Below, one piece after another: positions 1 to 7,247 of a stretch of 36,133 nt of DNA (positions are counted from its first letter, which is position 1; the number at the start of each line of letters is the position of its first letter). The position numbers were made by a program, and so were the translations under genes. This stretch comes from a virus. A model generated the notes under the pieces. It was not told where the DNA came from and did no database searches. It was given only the letters and a program-made list of their open reading frames with translations. Where the stretch lies: the UHGV virus genome UHGV-1536779, one strand, 5' to 3'.

Positions 1-21
1 TATTTATTAGTGCAAATAAAA

Positions 22-1389
22 TCAATATCCTAAAAAATTTATTTTCAAATTTCCATCTGGATAAACCACAATATTTTTAATCACTTGCCGCCATAAAGAA
101 CTTTTTTCCGAAATAGTTAGCTGTTTATATCCATCTCTAAATTCAGCAGTAGAGTAGTTATGCAGTGAGTTCAAATCAATTTTAGCAATTTTATTATCTC
201 TTTCAGGTATTAAAAGTGCTTCTAATTCTTCTCTGTCTTTTTTATATTCCTCTAATGTTATAACCTCATTTAGATAAGCTTTTTTTAGTCTATCTATTTT
301 CTTTTTTATTTTATCGTTAGTATTCTTAGTTTTTTTTACTTCGGGTTCTTGTTGCATTTTTACAGACAGCTCTTCTGCTTGTTTTTCAATATTTTCCAGA
401 AGGAAATTTTCTAGTGTAGTTTCATATATACCTTTTTTATTACTACATTTTTTTACGTTATTACGGTTTTTGGTGCATCTATATAAATGTCTTTCATTCG
501 GGTTTGTCGTACCGTCTTTGCGTACATATCGGCTAATAACCGCCGTGGCGGAATAATTACAACCACATTCACTACAAACTAACAATCCAGTAAACATATA
601 GTCGCGTTTTTTATTCATACGAATATTTTTTGAAAGTTGTAATTGTACCCTTTCGAATACGTCACGATCAATAATAGGTTCACAAAAATTTTTATTATCT
701 CGTAATTCACCAATGTATTTTCTATTAGTAAGCATTTGCCGAACGCTTTGATAATCTCTTGTCATGCTGAAATGATTTTCTAAATGTCTAACGGTGGCAC
801 GCATGCTACCAGTTTCTAAATAGTACTGGAAAATTTCTTTTACTATTTCAGCTTTTTCATTTGGAACAAGATGTTTGTCTTTGATTTCGTAGCCAAGGGG
901 AACTTTTCCACTAACGACTTCACCTTTTCGTATTTTGTTATCAAAAACAGCACGTATTCTTTCAGAAGTCATCTGTGCTTCAAGCTCAGCAAAACCCATT
1001 GATTGATTTACAAATGAACGGCCCATTGCTGTTTCTGTGTTAAAGAAAGGTTGTGTAACGGCTAACCAAGTAACATTGTTTTTGTCTAGTATTTCTTGAA
1101 TATTTAAATAATGACGTAAATTTCTAAACCATCTATCTAATTTTGTAAATAAGATCGTATCGATTCTTCCTTTTTTAACATCATCCAATAATTTTTGAAA
1201 TTCATCACGATATAGTTTCTGACCTGAAATGCCATCATCTATATAAGTTTTGAATACTCTCATATTTCCTTGTTGTCTTACGTATTCATTTAAAGTGTAT
1301 TGTTGTTCATCCAAACTATCACCATGTTTAGCTTGTTGATCTGTAGACACACGTATGTATAACGCTACTTGTTTTATTTCATTTGCCAT
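22..1389 (-). CDS. int: Large serine recombinase (phage integrase)
   Basis: 455 aa. N-terminal resolvase-type catalytic domain with the catalytic-Ser motif ALYIRVSTDQQ. Recombinase domain, then a C-terminal Cys cluster (CSECGC...CTKNRNNVKKC) and a coiled-coil, as in phiC31/A118-type large serine integrases. Confidence 0.9.
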   Translation of the reverse strand: MANEIKQVALYIRVSTDQQAKHGDSLDEQQYTLNEYVRQQGNMRVFKTYIDDGISGQKLYRDEFQKLLDDVKKGRIDTILFTKLDRWFRNLRHYLNIQEILDKNNVTWLAVTQPFFNTETAMGRSFVNQSMGFAELEAQMTSERIRAVFDNKIRKGEVVSGKVPLGYEIKDKHLVPNEKAEIVKEIFQYYLETGSMRATVRHLENHFSMTRDYQSVRQMLTNRKYIGELRDNKNFCEPIIDRDVFERVQLQLSKNIRMNKKRDYMFTGLLVCSECGCNYSATAVISRYVRKDGTTNPNERHLYRCTKNRNNVKKCSNKKGIYETTLENFLLENIEKQAEELSVKMQQEPEVKKTKNTNDKIKKKIDRLKKAYLNEVITLEEYKKDREELEALLIPERDNKIAKIDLNSLHNYSTAEFRDGYKQLTISEKSSLWRQVIKNIVVYPDGNLKINFLGY

Positions 1390-1414
1390 TGTTTCACCTC
1401 ATTATTTTTGGTAA

Positions 1415-1440
1415 AATAGGCGTAACAAAATAAGCCTATT
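1415..1440. promoter_or_regulatory. Inverted repeat AATAGGC-N12-GCCTATT in the int upstream region
   Basis: Perfect 7-bp arms read directly from the sequence. Lies between the int start (1389) and the lipoprotein stop. Possible int regulatory site or hairpin. Confidence 0.3.
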
Positions 1441-1454
1441 TTGGTTCTATTTTT

Positions 1455-1494
1455 AACGCACAACTTCTTGGTCGGAGGGTGCGTTATTTTTTTA
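1455..1494 (+). terminator. Plus-strand-oriented hairpin plus T-tract (AACGCAC-N17-GTGCGTT-A-TTTTTTT)
   Basis: 7-bp stem followed by a 7-T run on the + strand only. Located between two minus-strand genes. The loop is long, so the structure is weak. Confidence 0.3.
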
Positions 1495-1498
1495 TAGA

Positions 1499-1930
1499 TT
1501 ATTGATCGCTCTTTAATGGTATTTCCATAGTTTTTGTTTTATCTAATGGGCTATATAAATAAAGAACAGTATATTTCGATTCGTCTTTTTTTGAATAAAT
1601 AAGCGAAAAATCATAAATTTTGTCTTGAAAAGTGAATTTTCCTCCACCATTCATAACATTCTTGTATACTTCACCAGTATCGGCGTTAATTTCATCAGGA
1701 AACTGGTTAACTTTGATGCTAGATAAATCAATTTTAAAATTATCAATTGCATAGTTTTTAGTTATTTGTTTTTCAGCGATGGTTGCAAACTCAGCTTTCG
1801 CATGACTATCTGTTTCAACTATACTATTATTAGTCTTGTCATAATCAACCTTAGTTACTTCAGAATCAGTACACGCAGCTAATGAAATAATACTAATAAC
1901 CACTAATCCTAACATTGCTATTTTTTTCAT
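1499..1930 (-). CDS. Lipoprotein; Ltp-like superinfection-exclusion candidate
   Basis: Signal peptide plus lipobox (MKKIAMLGLVVISIISLA-AC). Start taken at the second ATG (1930), preceded by GAGGA. The position between int and ImmA/repressor mirrors the Ltp lipoprotein of S. thermophilus TP-J34. Confidence 0.6.
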   Translation of the reverse strand: MKKIAMLGLVVISIISLAACTDSEVTKVDYDKTNNSIVETDSHAKAEFATIAEKQITKNYAIDNFKIDLSSIKVNQFPDEINADTGEVYKNVMNGGGKFTFQDKIYDFSLIYSKKDESKYTVLYLYSPLDKTKTMEIPLKSDQ

Positions 1931-1993
1931 TTTTAAATTAATCCTCATTTCTGTTATAATATTTTTATCAGCAAATCTCGAAATGAGGTATAA

Positions 1994-2024
1994 GTCCGTG
2001 TTGTCGCACGGGCTTTTTTATTTT
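1994..2024 (+). terminator. Intrinsic terminator hairpin (GTCCGTG-TTGTCG-CACGGGC) followed by TTTTTTATTTT
   Basis: GC-rich 7-bp stem, 6-nt loop and a T-run on the + strand. It overlaps the stop codon of the minus-strand ImmA gene. There is an A-tract on the other side, so it may be bidirectional. Confidence 0.5.
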
Positions 2025-2362
2025 AGATAAGTTTCTTGCCCCATTTTTAAATTATAATGTGTAATTACGTTAGAATAATTAAACTGACCATCGTTTTTTT
2101 CAATCAAACATTCGAACATATAATGTTCAGCTTCTGCTTCCATTTTTGATCTAAAAATAGGGATGTTGTATAGTGCCATCAAATCAGCATGATCTTTCAC
2201 GTGCTTAAATTCATGATAAATTGCTTCTTCTTGTTCTTCAGTAGATAAATTTTGATTAACAAAAATCACACCATGTTCTGATTCGAAGCAAGCTTTTTTG
2301 TGTAATGTAGTAAAGACCAACTCCACATTATATTCTTCAACCAACTCTTTGATACTTTTCAT
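2018..2362 (-). CDS. immA: ImmA/IrrE-family zinc metallopeptidase (repressor-cleaving anti-repressor protease)
   Basis: HEXXH motif (YHEFKHV). Approximately 115 aa. Immediately downstream of, and co-oriented with, an XRE repressor, the classical ImmR-ImmA arrangement. ATG chosen at 2362 (MKSIKEL) with an AAAGG RBS. Confidence 0.75.
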   Translation of the reverse strand: MKSIKELVEEYNVELVFTTLHKKACFESEHGVIFVNQNLSTEEQEEAIYHEFKHVKDHADLMALYNIPIFRSKMEAEAEHYMFECLIEKNDGQFNYSNVITHYNLKMGQETYLK

Positions 2363-2379
2363 ATAGCACAACCTTTAAA

Positions 2380-2712
2380 TTATTTTCCGAATCTTCCTTT
2401 CAAGTAAGCACGAATAACTTCTCTGTCATGATCATCAAGTGGTTCACCATCAAAGCTCATGACGTTATCTAGTACATCGTCTAAATCATCAGTTTTTTTT
2501 TCGACAAAAGGTTCTGGATTATCAACTATTCCTAAAATATAATCAGTGGAAATATTTAAATATTTAGCAACTTTAGTCAAATTTTCACCGCCAGGAGTTT
2601 TTTTCTTCCATCCATATAATACATTTTGACTAATTCCAACTCGATTTTCTAACTCATTAATGGAAATACCTCTACGGTCTGTAATTTTTTTTATTCTATC
2701 AAATGCTGTCAT
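2380..2712 (-). CDS. XRE-family HTH repressor (cI-like / ImmR-like)
   Basis: N-terminal HTH (ISINELENRVGISQNVLYGW). Approximately 110 aa. Divergent from a cro-like gene across an operator-containing intergenic region. Confidence 0.8.
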   Translation of the reverse strand: MTAFDRIKKITDRRGISINELENRVGISQNVLYGWKKKTPGGENLTKVAKYLNISTDYILGIVDNPEPFVEKKTDDLDDVLDNVMSFDGEPLDDHDREVIRAYLKGRFGK

Positions 2713-2778
2713 ATCAAAGCTCCTTAAAGCTTTACAGACCTATTTTTATTCTAAAGATTAATTTTTTGTCGAAAACGG

Positions 2779-2807
2779 TTGACTTTTAAACTTTAGAATA
2801 ATATACT
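2779..2807 (+). promoter_or_regulatory. Rightward sigma-A-type promoter TTGACT-17-TATACT (candidate early lytic / cro promoter)
   Basis: Near-consensus -35 and -10 hexamers with 17-bp spacing, read directly. Flanked by the 10-bp inverted repeat TATTCTAAAG (2747-2756) / CTTTAGAATA (2791-2800). Confidence 0.55.
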
Positions 2808-2816
2808 ATGTCCGTA

Positions 2817-2832
2817 AGCTAATTTATTAGCT
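2817..2832. promoter_or_regulatory. Operator-like palindrome AGCTAAT-TT-ATTAGCT
   Basis: 16-bp dyad with 7-bp arms just downstream of the rightward promoter. Shares the half-site TTAGCTAA with the palindrome at 2978. Confidence 0.5.
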
Positions 2833-2936
2833 AATAAGTTCTCAAATAAAACCAATAAATAAAATGTAAAAATCGTTGGGGAACGGTAATAGTGTTTATT
2901 TACTAGTCTTTAAAAGGCTTATTTAACTATGATTAC

Positions 2937-2965
2937 ATTTTAATCTATAGGTTAAAATGTGTCAA
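2937..2965 (-). promoter_or_regulatory. Leftward sigma-A-type promoter TTGACA-17-TAAAAT (candidate repressor-maintenance promoter)
   Basis: Minus strand reads TTGACA, then 17 nt, then TAAAAT. Fires toward the repressor at 2712. Arranged face to face with the rightward promoter at 2779. Confidence 0.55.
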
Positions 2966-2977
2966 CAGGTTTTATTA

Positions 2978-2999
2978 AATTAGCTAATTTTTTAGCTTA
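2978..2999. promoter_or_regulatory. Perfect 12-bp palindrome AATTAGCTAATT plus an adjacent TTAGCT half-site
   Basis: Read directly from the sequence. Same half-site as the operator at 2817. Sits just upstream of the leftward promoter's -35 element and about 35 bp before cro. Confidence 0.5.
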
Positions 3000-3032
3000 C
3001 AAATTAAAAATAAAAGGGAGTGAGTAATAAAT

Positions 3033-3209
3033 ATGTCACAAGACTTAGCGATTGATGTTAGAGCAGCTCTAATTCGTGCAGGCAAAAACCAATCTTGGTT
3101 AGCAAAACAACTGGGGATTTCAAGCCCTTACTTGTCAGATATTCTTCATGGTCGTAGACGTTCAGAAGAGCAAGTTCAGAAAATCAAAAAAATCTTAAAT
3201 ATCAAGTGA
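3033..3209 (+). CDS. Cro-like small HTH regulator (58 aa), not in the supplied ORF track
   Basis: ATG at 3033 preceded by AAGGGAG. Translates to MSQDLAIDVRAALIRAGKNQSWLAKQLGISSPYLSDILHGRRRSEEQVQKIKKILNIK, which carries an HTH (QSWLAKQLGIS). Divergent from the repressor. Confidence 0.7.
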   Translation: MSQDLAIDVRAALIRAGKNQSWLAKQLGISSPYLSDILHGRRRSEEQVQKIKKILNIK

Positions 3210-3219
3210 GGTGAATAAA

Positions 3220-3363
3220 ATGGCAGATCAAGTAAATATTGATTTATTAGGTCAAGCATATTGTAACGTTATGACACGTAAAACAGGCATCACGCATACG
3301 TACACTATTAAAGGAAAGGACGATAAAAAACAAAATGAAAAAAATGTACAGAAACCTAAATAG
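3220..3363 (+). CDS. Small hypothetical protein (47 aa)
   Basis: ATG 6 nt after GAGGTGA. Translates to MADQVNIDLLGQAYCNVMTRKTGITHTYTIKGKDDKKQNEKNVQKPK. Overlaps the next ORF in another frame. Confidence 0.3.
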   Translation: MADQVNIDLLGQAYCNVMTRKTGITHTYTIKGKDDKKQNEKNVQKPK

Positions 3364-3556
3364 GTTAACCTATGGATTATATATATTCGGAGTGGGTTTA
3401 TTAATCGGCACTAAAGCAGACGGAAAGATTTTACTGATTTATGCACTGGTGTTGATGACTTATAACCTTGTCATTGAATTATGTTCATTTAATAGTTGGA
3501 TCGCCGATAACGCTGGTGAACATTACAAGAGGAAACAGAATCGCGAGGTGAAGTAA
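3335..3556 (+). CDS. Small membrane protein (two predicted TM helices)
   Basis: 73 aa with two hydrophobic helices (GLYIFGVGLLIG and ILLIYALVLMTYNLVI). Weak RBS. Start is ambiguous. Confidence 0.4.
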   Translation: MKKMYRNLNRLTYGLYIFGVGLLIGTKADGKILLIYALVLMTYNLVIELCSFNSWIADNAGEHYKRKQNREVK

Positions 3557-3973
3557 ATGAATGTATTCGACGTAATAGGAATAGTCGCAATTCCATTAGC
3601 TATCTTGTGTTTTCATAATTGGGTAATTAGTGAACGATTAAGTGAAGCTGAAAACCGAATAAATAGTTTAACCATTCAACAAATGAACTCACGACCAACA
3701 TTTCAAGATAGTAGGACAGGAGCTGTTTTACCAACTCGACAACAAGCTATACCACCACATATGAAAACTAAGACTAAATCGGTTTTGAATGAACATGAAA
3801 CTGAAATGGTTAAAGAAGTAGTACTAGAAAAAATCGATGTATTGAAGAATAATTTGCAATTTATGCAATCTAATCAACGTAAACACAATAGCGTTTATAC
3901 ATTAAATCAGCTTGAAAGACAATTGACTCTGTATGAAAGAATTTACAAAAAGATGTCTGATGATGAGGAATGA
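3557..3973 (+). CDS. Hypothetical early protein with N-terminal TM helix and coiled-coil
   Basis: 138 aa. AGGTGA RBS. N-terminal hydrophobic segment IGIVAIPLAILCF. Confidence 0.6.
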   Translation: MNVFDVIGIVAIPLAILCFHNWVISERLSEAENRINSLTIQQMNSRPTFQDSRTGAVLPTRQQAIPPHMKTKTKSVLNEHETEMVKEVVLEKIDVLKNNLQFMQSNQRKHNSVYTLNQLERQLTLYERIYKKMSDDEE

Positions 3974-4050
3974 AAAGATGGAACAACAAATAAAGACCCA
4001 CTTCGACGGCCATCAAAGTAGGTCAATTACAAATATCAAATTCAAGGAGA

Positions 4051-4359
4051 GTGTACCACATGAATAGAAAAATTGAAAGAATGATTATTGAACTTGAGAA
4101 AGAATGTAAGGCACAAAATGTTGAACTTCTTCTATGTGCCGCAAATTTTGAAACAGACCAAGGAAGTACTGCGTTTTGTGGTTCAGTTATCGGGTTAGCT
4201 ATACTCTTGCAAAAATTATTAGGTGATCTAAAAGAGCAATTAAGCATAAGCGAATCTTGTGATTGCCCAGAATACGTAGCAGAAAGAGCCGAAGATGCTG
4301 CAAATGAAAAATCTATGGATGAATTACTAACTGCATTTTTACGGGGTGACCTGCAATGA
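4051..4359 (+). CDS. Hypothetical acidic early protein
   Basis: 102 aa. AAGGAG RBS. No recognisable motif. Confidence 0.55.
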   Translation: MYHMNRKIERMIIELEKECKAQNVELLLCAANFETDQGSTAFCGSVIGLAILLQKLLGDLKEQLSISESCDCPEYVAERAEDAANEKSMDELLTAFLRGDLQ

Positions 4360-4580
4360 TTGAAGTAAGAGGTTTGAGTGATGATGTTTACGAATTAATG
4401 TTAGCGAATGCTCAAAATAGAATTATTCAATCAATTCGAACTGCAGCAGCAAATGGTAATACAAGTTGCGTGGTGAATAGTAAAGGTCTTACATCAACGT
4501 TTTTATCTCAATTAGAAACAGAAGGATTTGATCACGTTGAACTTGAAGAAAACAAAACCAAAATATTCTGGGAGTGGTGA
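4356..4580 (+). CDS. Hypothetical early protein
   Basis: 74 aa. ATGA overlap coupling with the upstream gene. Confidence 0.5.
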   Translation: MIEVRGLSDDVYELMLANAQNRIIQSIRTAAANGNTSCVVNSKGLTSTFLSQLETEGFDHVELEENKTKIFWEW

Positions 4581-4582
4581 AA

Positions 4583-4690
4583 ATGCCTGAATTTGATTCA
4601 TTAGGAGCTAGACAAGAGCCGCCAGAAGAAAAAGAAGCATTAGAGCCAACATGGGAATATGACGAAGAAGAGGAGAATGACAATGAGTAA
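4583..4690 (+). CDS. Small highly acidic peptide (35 aa)
   Basis: GGAGTGGTGA RBS. Translates to MPEFDSLGARQEPPEEKEALEPTWEYDEEEENDNE. Stop codon overlaps the recT start. Confidence 0.3.
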   Translation: MPEFDSLGARQEPPEEKEALEPTWEYDEEEENDNE

Positions 4691-5654
4691 CGATTTAACA
4701 CAAATGACACAACGCTCTTTAGATGAACAAGTCATCGGAAATTTAAATAGATTGCAAGAGCAAGGATTAGAAATGCCGCCAGGCTATAGTCCACAGAATG
4801 CTTTGAAAAGTGCTTTCTTTGAACTAACCAACAATTCAGGAGGGAACCTTCTTCAGTTGGCAGCTAACAATCCAGAAACTAAAACATCTATTTCTAACGC
4901 CTTGCTTGATATGGTCATTCAAGGATTATCACCTGCGAAGAAACAATGCTATTTCATTAAATATGGAAATAAGGTCCAGCTTATGCGCTCATATTTCGGA
5001 ACCATGGCTGTATTAGATCGAGTAACAGGAGGGGCAGATATCACGCCTGTTGTAGTAAGAGAAGGCGATGTATTTGAAATTGCTATGGACGGCCCCGACT
5101 TAGTTGTTGCTAAACATGAAACATCCTTCGAAAACCTAGACAACGACATCAAGGCTGCTTATGTGGTCATTAAACTATCGAATGGTAAAGAAGTAACAAC
5201 CGTCATGACAAAGAAACAAATTGATAAATCATGGAGTAAAGCAAAAACAAAAAATGTTCAAAACGATTTCCCAGAAGAAATGGCAAAAAGAACAGTCATC
5301 AATCGAGCTGCTAAATATTTAATTAACACTAGTAACGATAATGATTTATTTGTGCAAGCTGCTAAAGACACGCTCGAAAATGAATTCGAACGAAAAGATG
5401 TGACACCAGAGCGAGAAGAACAAACAGCGGTACTCGAAGAAAAAATATTTACCAACAATAAAAAAGTTATTGAGCAAGAAAACGATATTGAACAAGCCAA
5501 ACCAATTGAAAAAGATGATTTAACGAAAGTGGCGGACCAAATTTTAGAAGAACCAGTTCAGGAAACTTTAGATGTGATGGCTGGTTATGAAACCAATCAG
5601 AAAGAGAGTGAAGCTGATGTCTCAACGATTGAAGAAGACGATTATCCTTTCTGA
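4683..5654 (+). CDS. recT: RecT-family single-strand annealing protein
   Basis: RecT-like core, including the MAKRTVINRAAKYL segment. Start taken at the ATG at 4683 after GAGGAG; alternative in-frame starts exist at 4659 and 4677. Paired with a downstream exonuclease. Confidence 0.8.
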   Translation: MSNDLTQMTQRSLDEQVIGNLNRLQEQGLEMPPGYSPQNALKSAFFELTNNSGGNLLQLAANNPETKTSISNALLDMVIQGLSPAKKQCYFIKYGNKVQLMRSYFGTMAVLDRVTGGADITPVVVREGDVFEIAMDGPDLVVAKHETSFENLDNDIKAAYVVIKLSNGKEVTTVMTKKQIDKSWSKAKTKNVQNDFPEEMAKRTVINRAAKYLINTSNDNDLFVQAAKDTLENEFERKDVTPEREEQTAVLEEKIFTNNKKVIEQENDIEQAKPIEKDDLTKVADQILEEPVQETLDVMAGYETNQKESEADVSTIEEDDYPF

Positions 5655-6432
5655 CGAAAATTATTATTCAACTGAAGCCGACTTGCATTATATGTCGGTT
5701 AGTCAATATAAAAAATTTCTAGAATGTGAAGCTGCAGCTCTTGCCAAGTTAAAAGGTGAATGGACACCAGAGAGTGATCCAAAAGCATTACTTGTTGGTA
5801 ATTATGTTCATTCCTACTTTGAATCACCAGAAATTCATGAAGCATTCAAAGAAGAAAACAAAAGCAAAATGTTTTCTTCAAGAAAACCGTTTGGCCTACT
5901 GAAAGATTTCCAAATTGCGGAGCAGATGATTGAAAGATTAAAACAAGAAGAAGCCTTTTTAAATATTTATCAAGGTGAAAAAGAAGTGATCGTCACAGGT
6001 GAAATTGGCGGTGCAATGTGGAAAGGGAAAATCGATTGTTTAAATTTAGAAGAAAAGTATTTTGTAGACATCAAAACAACCAAAGATATGCATGAGAAGA
6101 AATGGGATGAACGTTTAAACAGAAAAGCAAACTTCATTGAACGCTTCGGTTACGTGTTACAAATGGCAGTTTATTGTGAACTGCTTCGCCAACAATATGA
6201 CAAAAATTTTCTTCCTCTCATTGCAGCCGTTTCGAAACAAACACCTAGTGAAGCAAAACTAATCACTATTAGCGAAGAAAAAATGATTTACGAATTAGAA
6301 GAATTAAAAGAAAACATCGAGCATGTTGTGCGAGTGAAAAAAGGCGAAGAAGAACCAATCAGTTGTGGAACTTGTGAATATTGTAGAGGACACAACAAAA
6401 TTACAAATTTTACCAGTATGGACGATTTATAA
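5617..6432 (+). CDS. YqaJ/lambda-Exo-like PD-(D/E)XK exonuclease with C-terminal Cys4 cluster
   Basis: D...E-K motif region (VDIKTTKD) and a C-terminal CGTCEYCRGH cluster. Classical RecT partner. The ORF opens at 5587, but 5617 has the better RBS. Confidence 0.7.
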   Translation: MSQRLKKTIILSDENYYSTEADLHYMSVSQYKKFLECEAAALAKLKGEWTPESDPKALLVGNYVHSYFESPEIHEAFKEENKSKMFSSRKPFGLLKDFQIAEQMIERLKQEEAFLNIYQGEKEVIVTGEIGGAMWKGKIDCLNLEEKYFVDIKTTKDMHEKKWDERLNRKANFIERFGYVLQMAVYCELLRQQYDKNFLPLIAAVSKQTPSEAKLITISEEKMIYELEELKENIEHVVRVKKGEEEPISCGTCEYCRGHNKITNFTSMDDL

Positions 6433-6447
6433 AAGGAGGCGAGCAGG

Positions 6448-7236
6448 TTGGCCATTGGAGGTTGGATAAAACTTTATAGGACCATTCAAGATCACTGGAT
6501 TTGGGAAAATCCTCAATACCTTAAATGGTGGCTTGATTTAATATTCATGGCCAATCACCAAGACAGAAAGATTCTTTTTGATGGAGAGTTAAAAACGGTG
6601 AAAGTCGGAGAAAGAATTACATCCGAAAAAAAACTTTCTGAAAGGTGGGAAGTAAGCCGAAACACCGTCAGAAAATTTTTAGATTTGCTTGTTAAAGATG
6701 ACATGATTGAATTAAGCAGAAGTAGACAAAACGGGACATGGTACAAAGTCAGTAACTACGCAGAATATCAAAGCTTTTCTGAAATGAAAAAACAACGAAC
6801 TGAACAACGAAGTGAACAACAAGCTGCACATCAAACTGAACAACGAACTGAACATAAACAAGAACCTAAAGAACCTAAGAACCTAAGAAGTAATAATAAT
6901 AACAATAAAGGGTCGTCCATTCGTTCAATTTGGGAAAATAACGGATTTGGATTGATGTCGTCTAAAACTATGACCGATTTTGATTATTGGATTTCTGATT
7001 TTGAAAAAATCGGAGCTAGTCAAAAAGATGCTGAACAATTAATTGTTAAAGCTATTGAAATTGCTATTGATGCAAACGCAAGAAACTATAACTATATCAA
7101 TGCCATATTGAAAGATTGGGAACAAAGAGGGTTCAAATCTGTTGATGATCGAGAAGCGGCAAGGAAGCAAAAGAAAACGATCAAGCAACAGAAATCAAAT
7201 ACAGGTCATTCGGATTACGATGATCTTGGATTTTAG
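6448..7236 (+). CDS. Replisome organizer: phage replication-initiation N-terminal domain plus DnaD-like C-terminal domain
   Basis: TTG start 7 nt after AAAGGAGG. C-terminal segment NYNYINAILKDWEQRGF matches the DnaD-type YxxxIxxxW motif. Contains a low-complexity Q/E/R/T repeat and an N5 run encoded by DNA repeats. Confidence 0.65.
   Translation: MAIGGWIKLYRTIQDHWIWENPQYLKWWLDLIFMANHQDRKILFDGELKTVKVGERITSEKKLSERWEVSRNTVRKFLDLLVKDDMIELSRSRQNGTWYKVSNYAEYQSFSEMKKQRTEQRSEQQAAHQTEQRTEHKQEPKEPKNLRSNNNNNKGSSIRSIWENNGFGLMSSKTMTDFDYWISDFEKIGASQKDAEQLIVKAIEIAIDANARNYNYINAILKDWEQRGFKSVDDREAARKQKKTIKQQKSNTGHSDYDDLGF
6791..6890 (+). repeat. Iteron-like direct repeats inside the replisome-organizer gene (CTGAACAACGAA x2 plus a variant; GAACCTAA x3)
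   Basis: Read directly from the sequence. Candidate phage replication origin embedded in the initiator gene, as in lambda O. Confidence 0.4.
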
Positions 7237-7247
7237 GAAGTGAAAGA

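Noticed and set aside
3974-4067. Possible 29-aa mini-ORF (MEQQIKTHFDGHQSRSITNIKFKESVPHE) with a GAGGAA RBS between 3973 and 4051
   Set aside because: Too short and compositionally unremarkable. It overlaps the RBS and start of the next gene, so cannot be supported without expression data.
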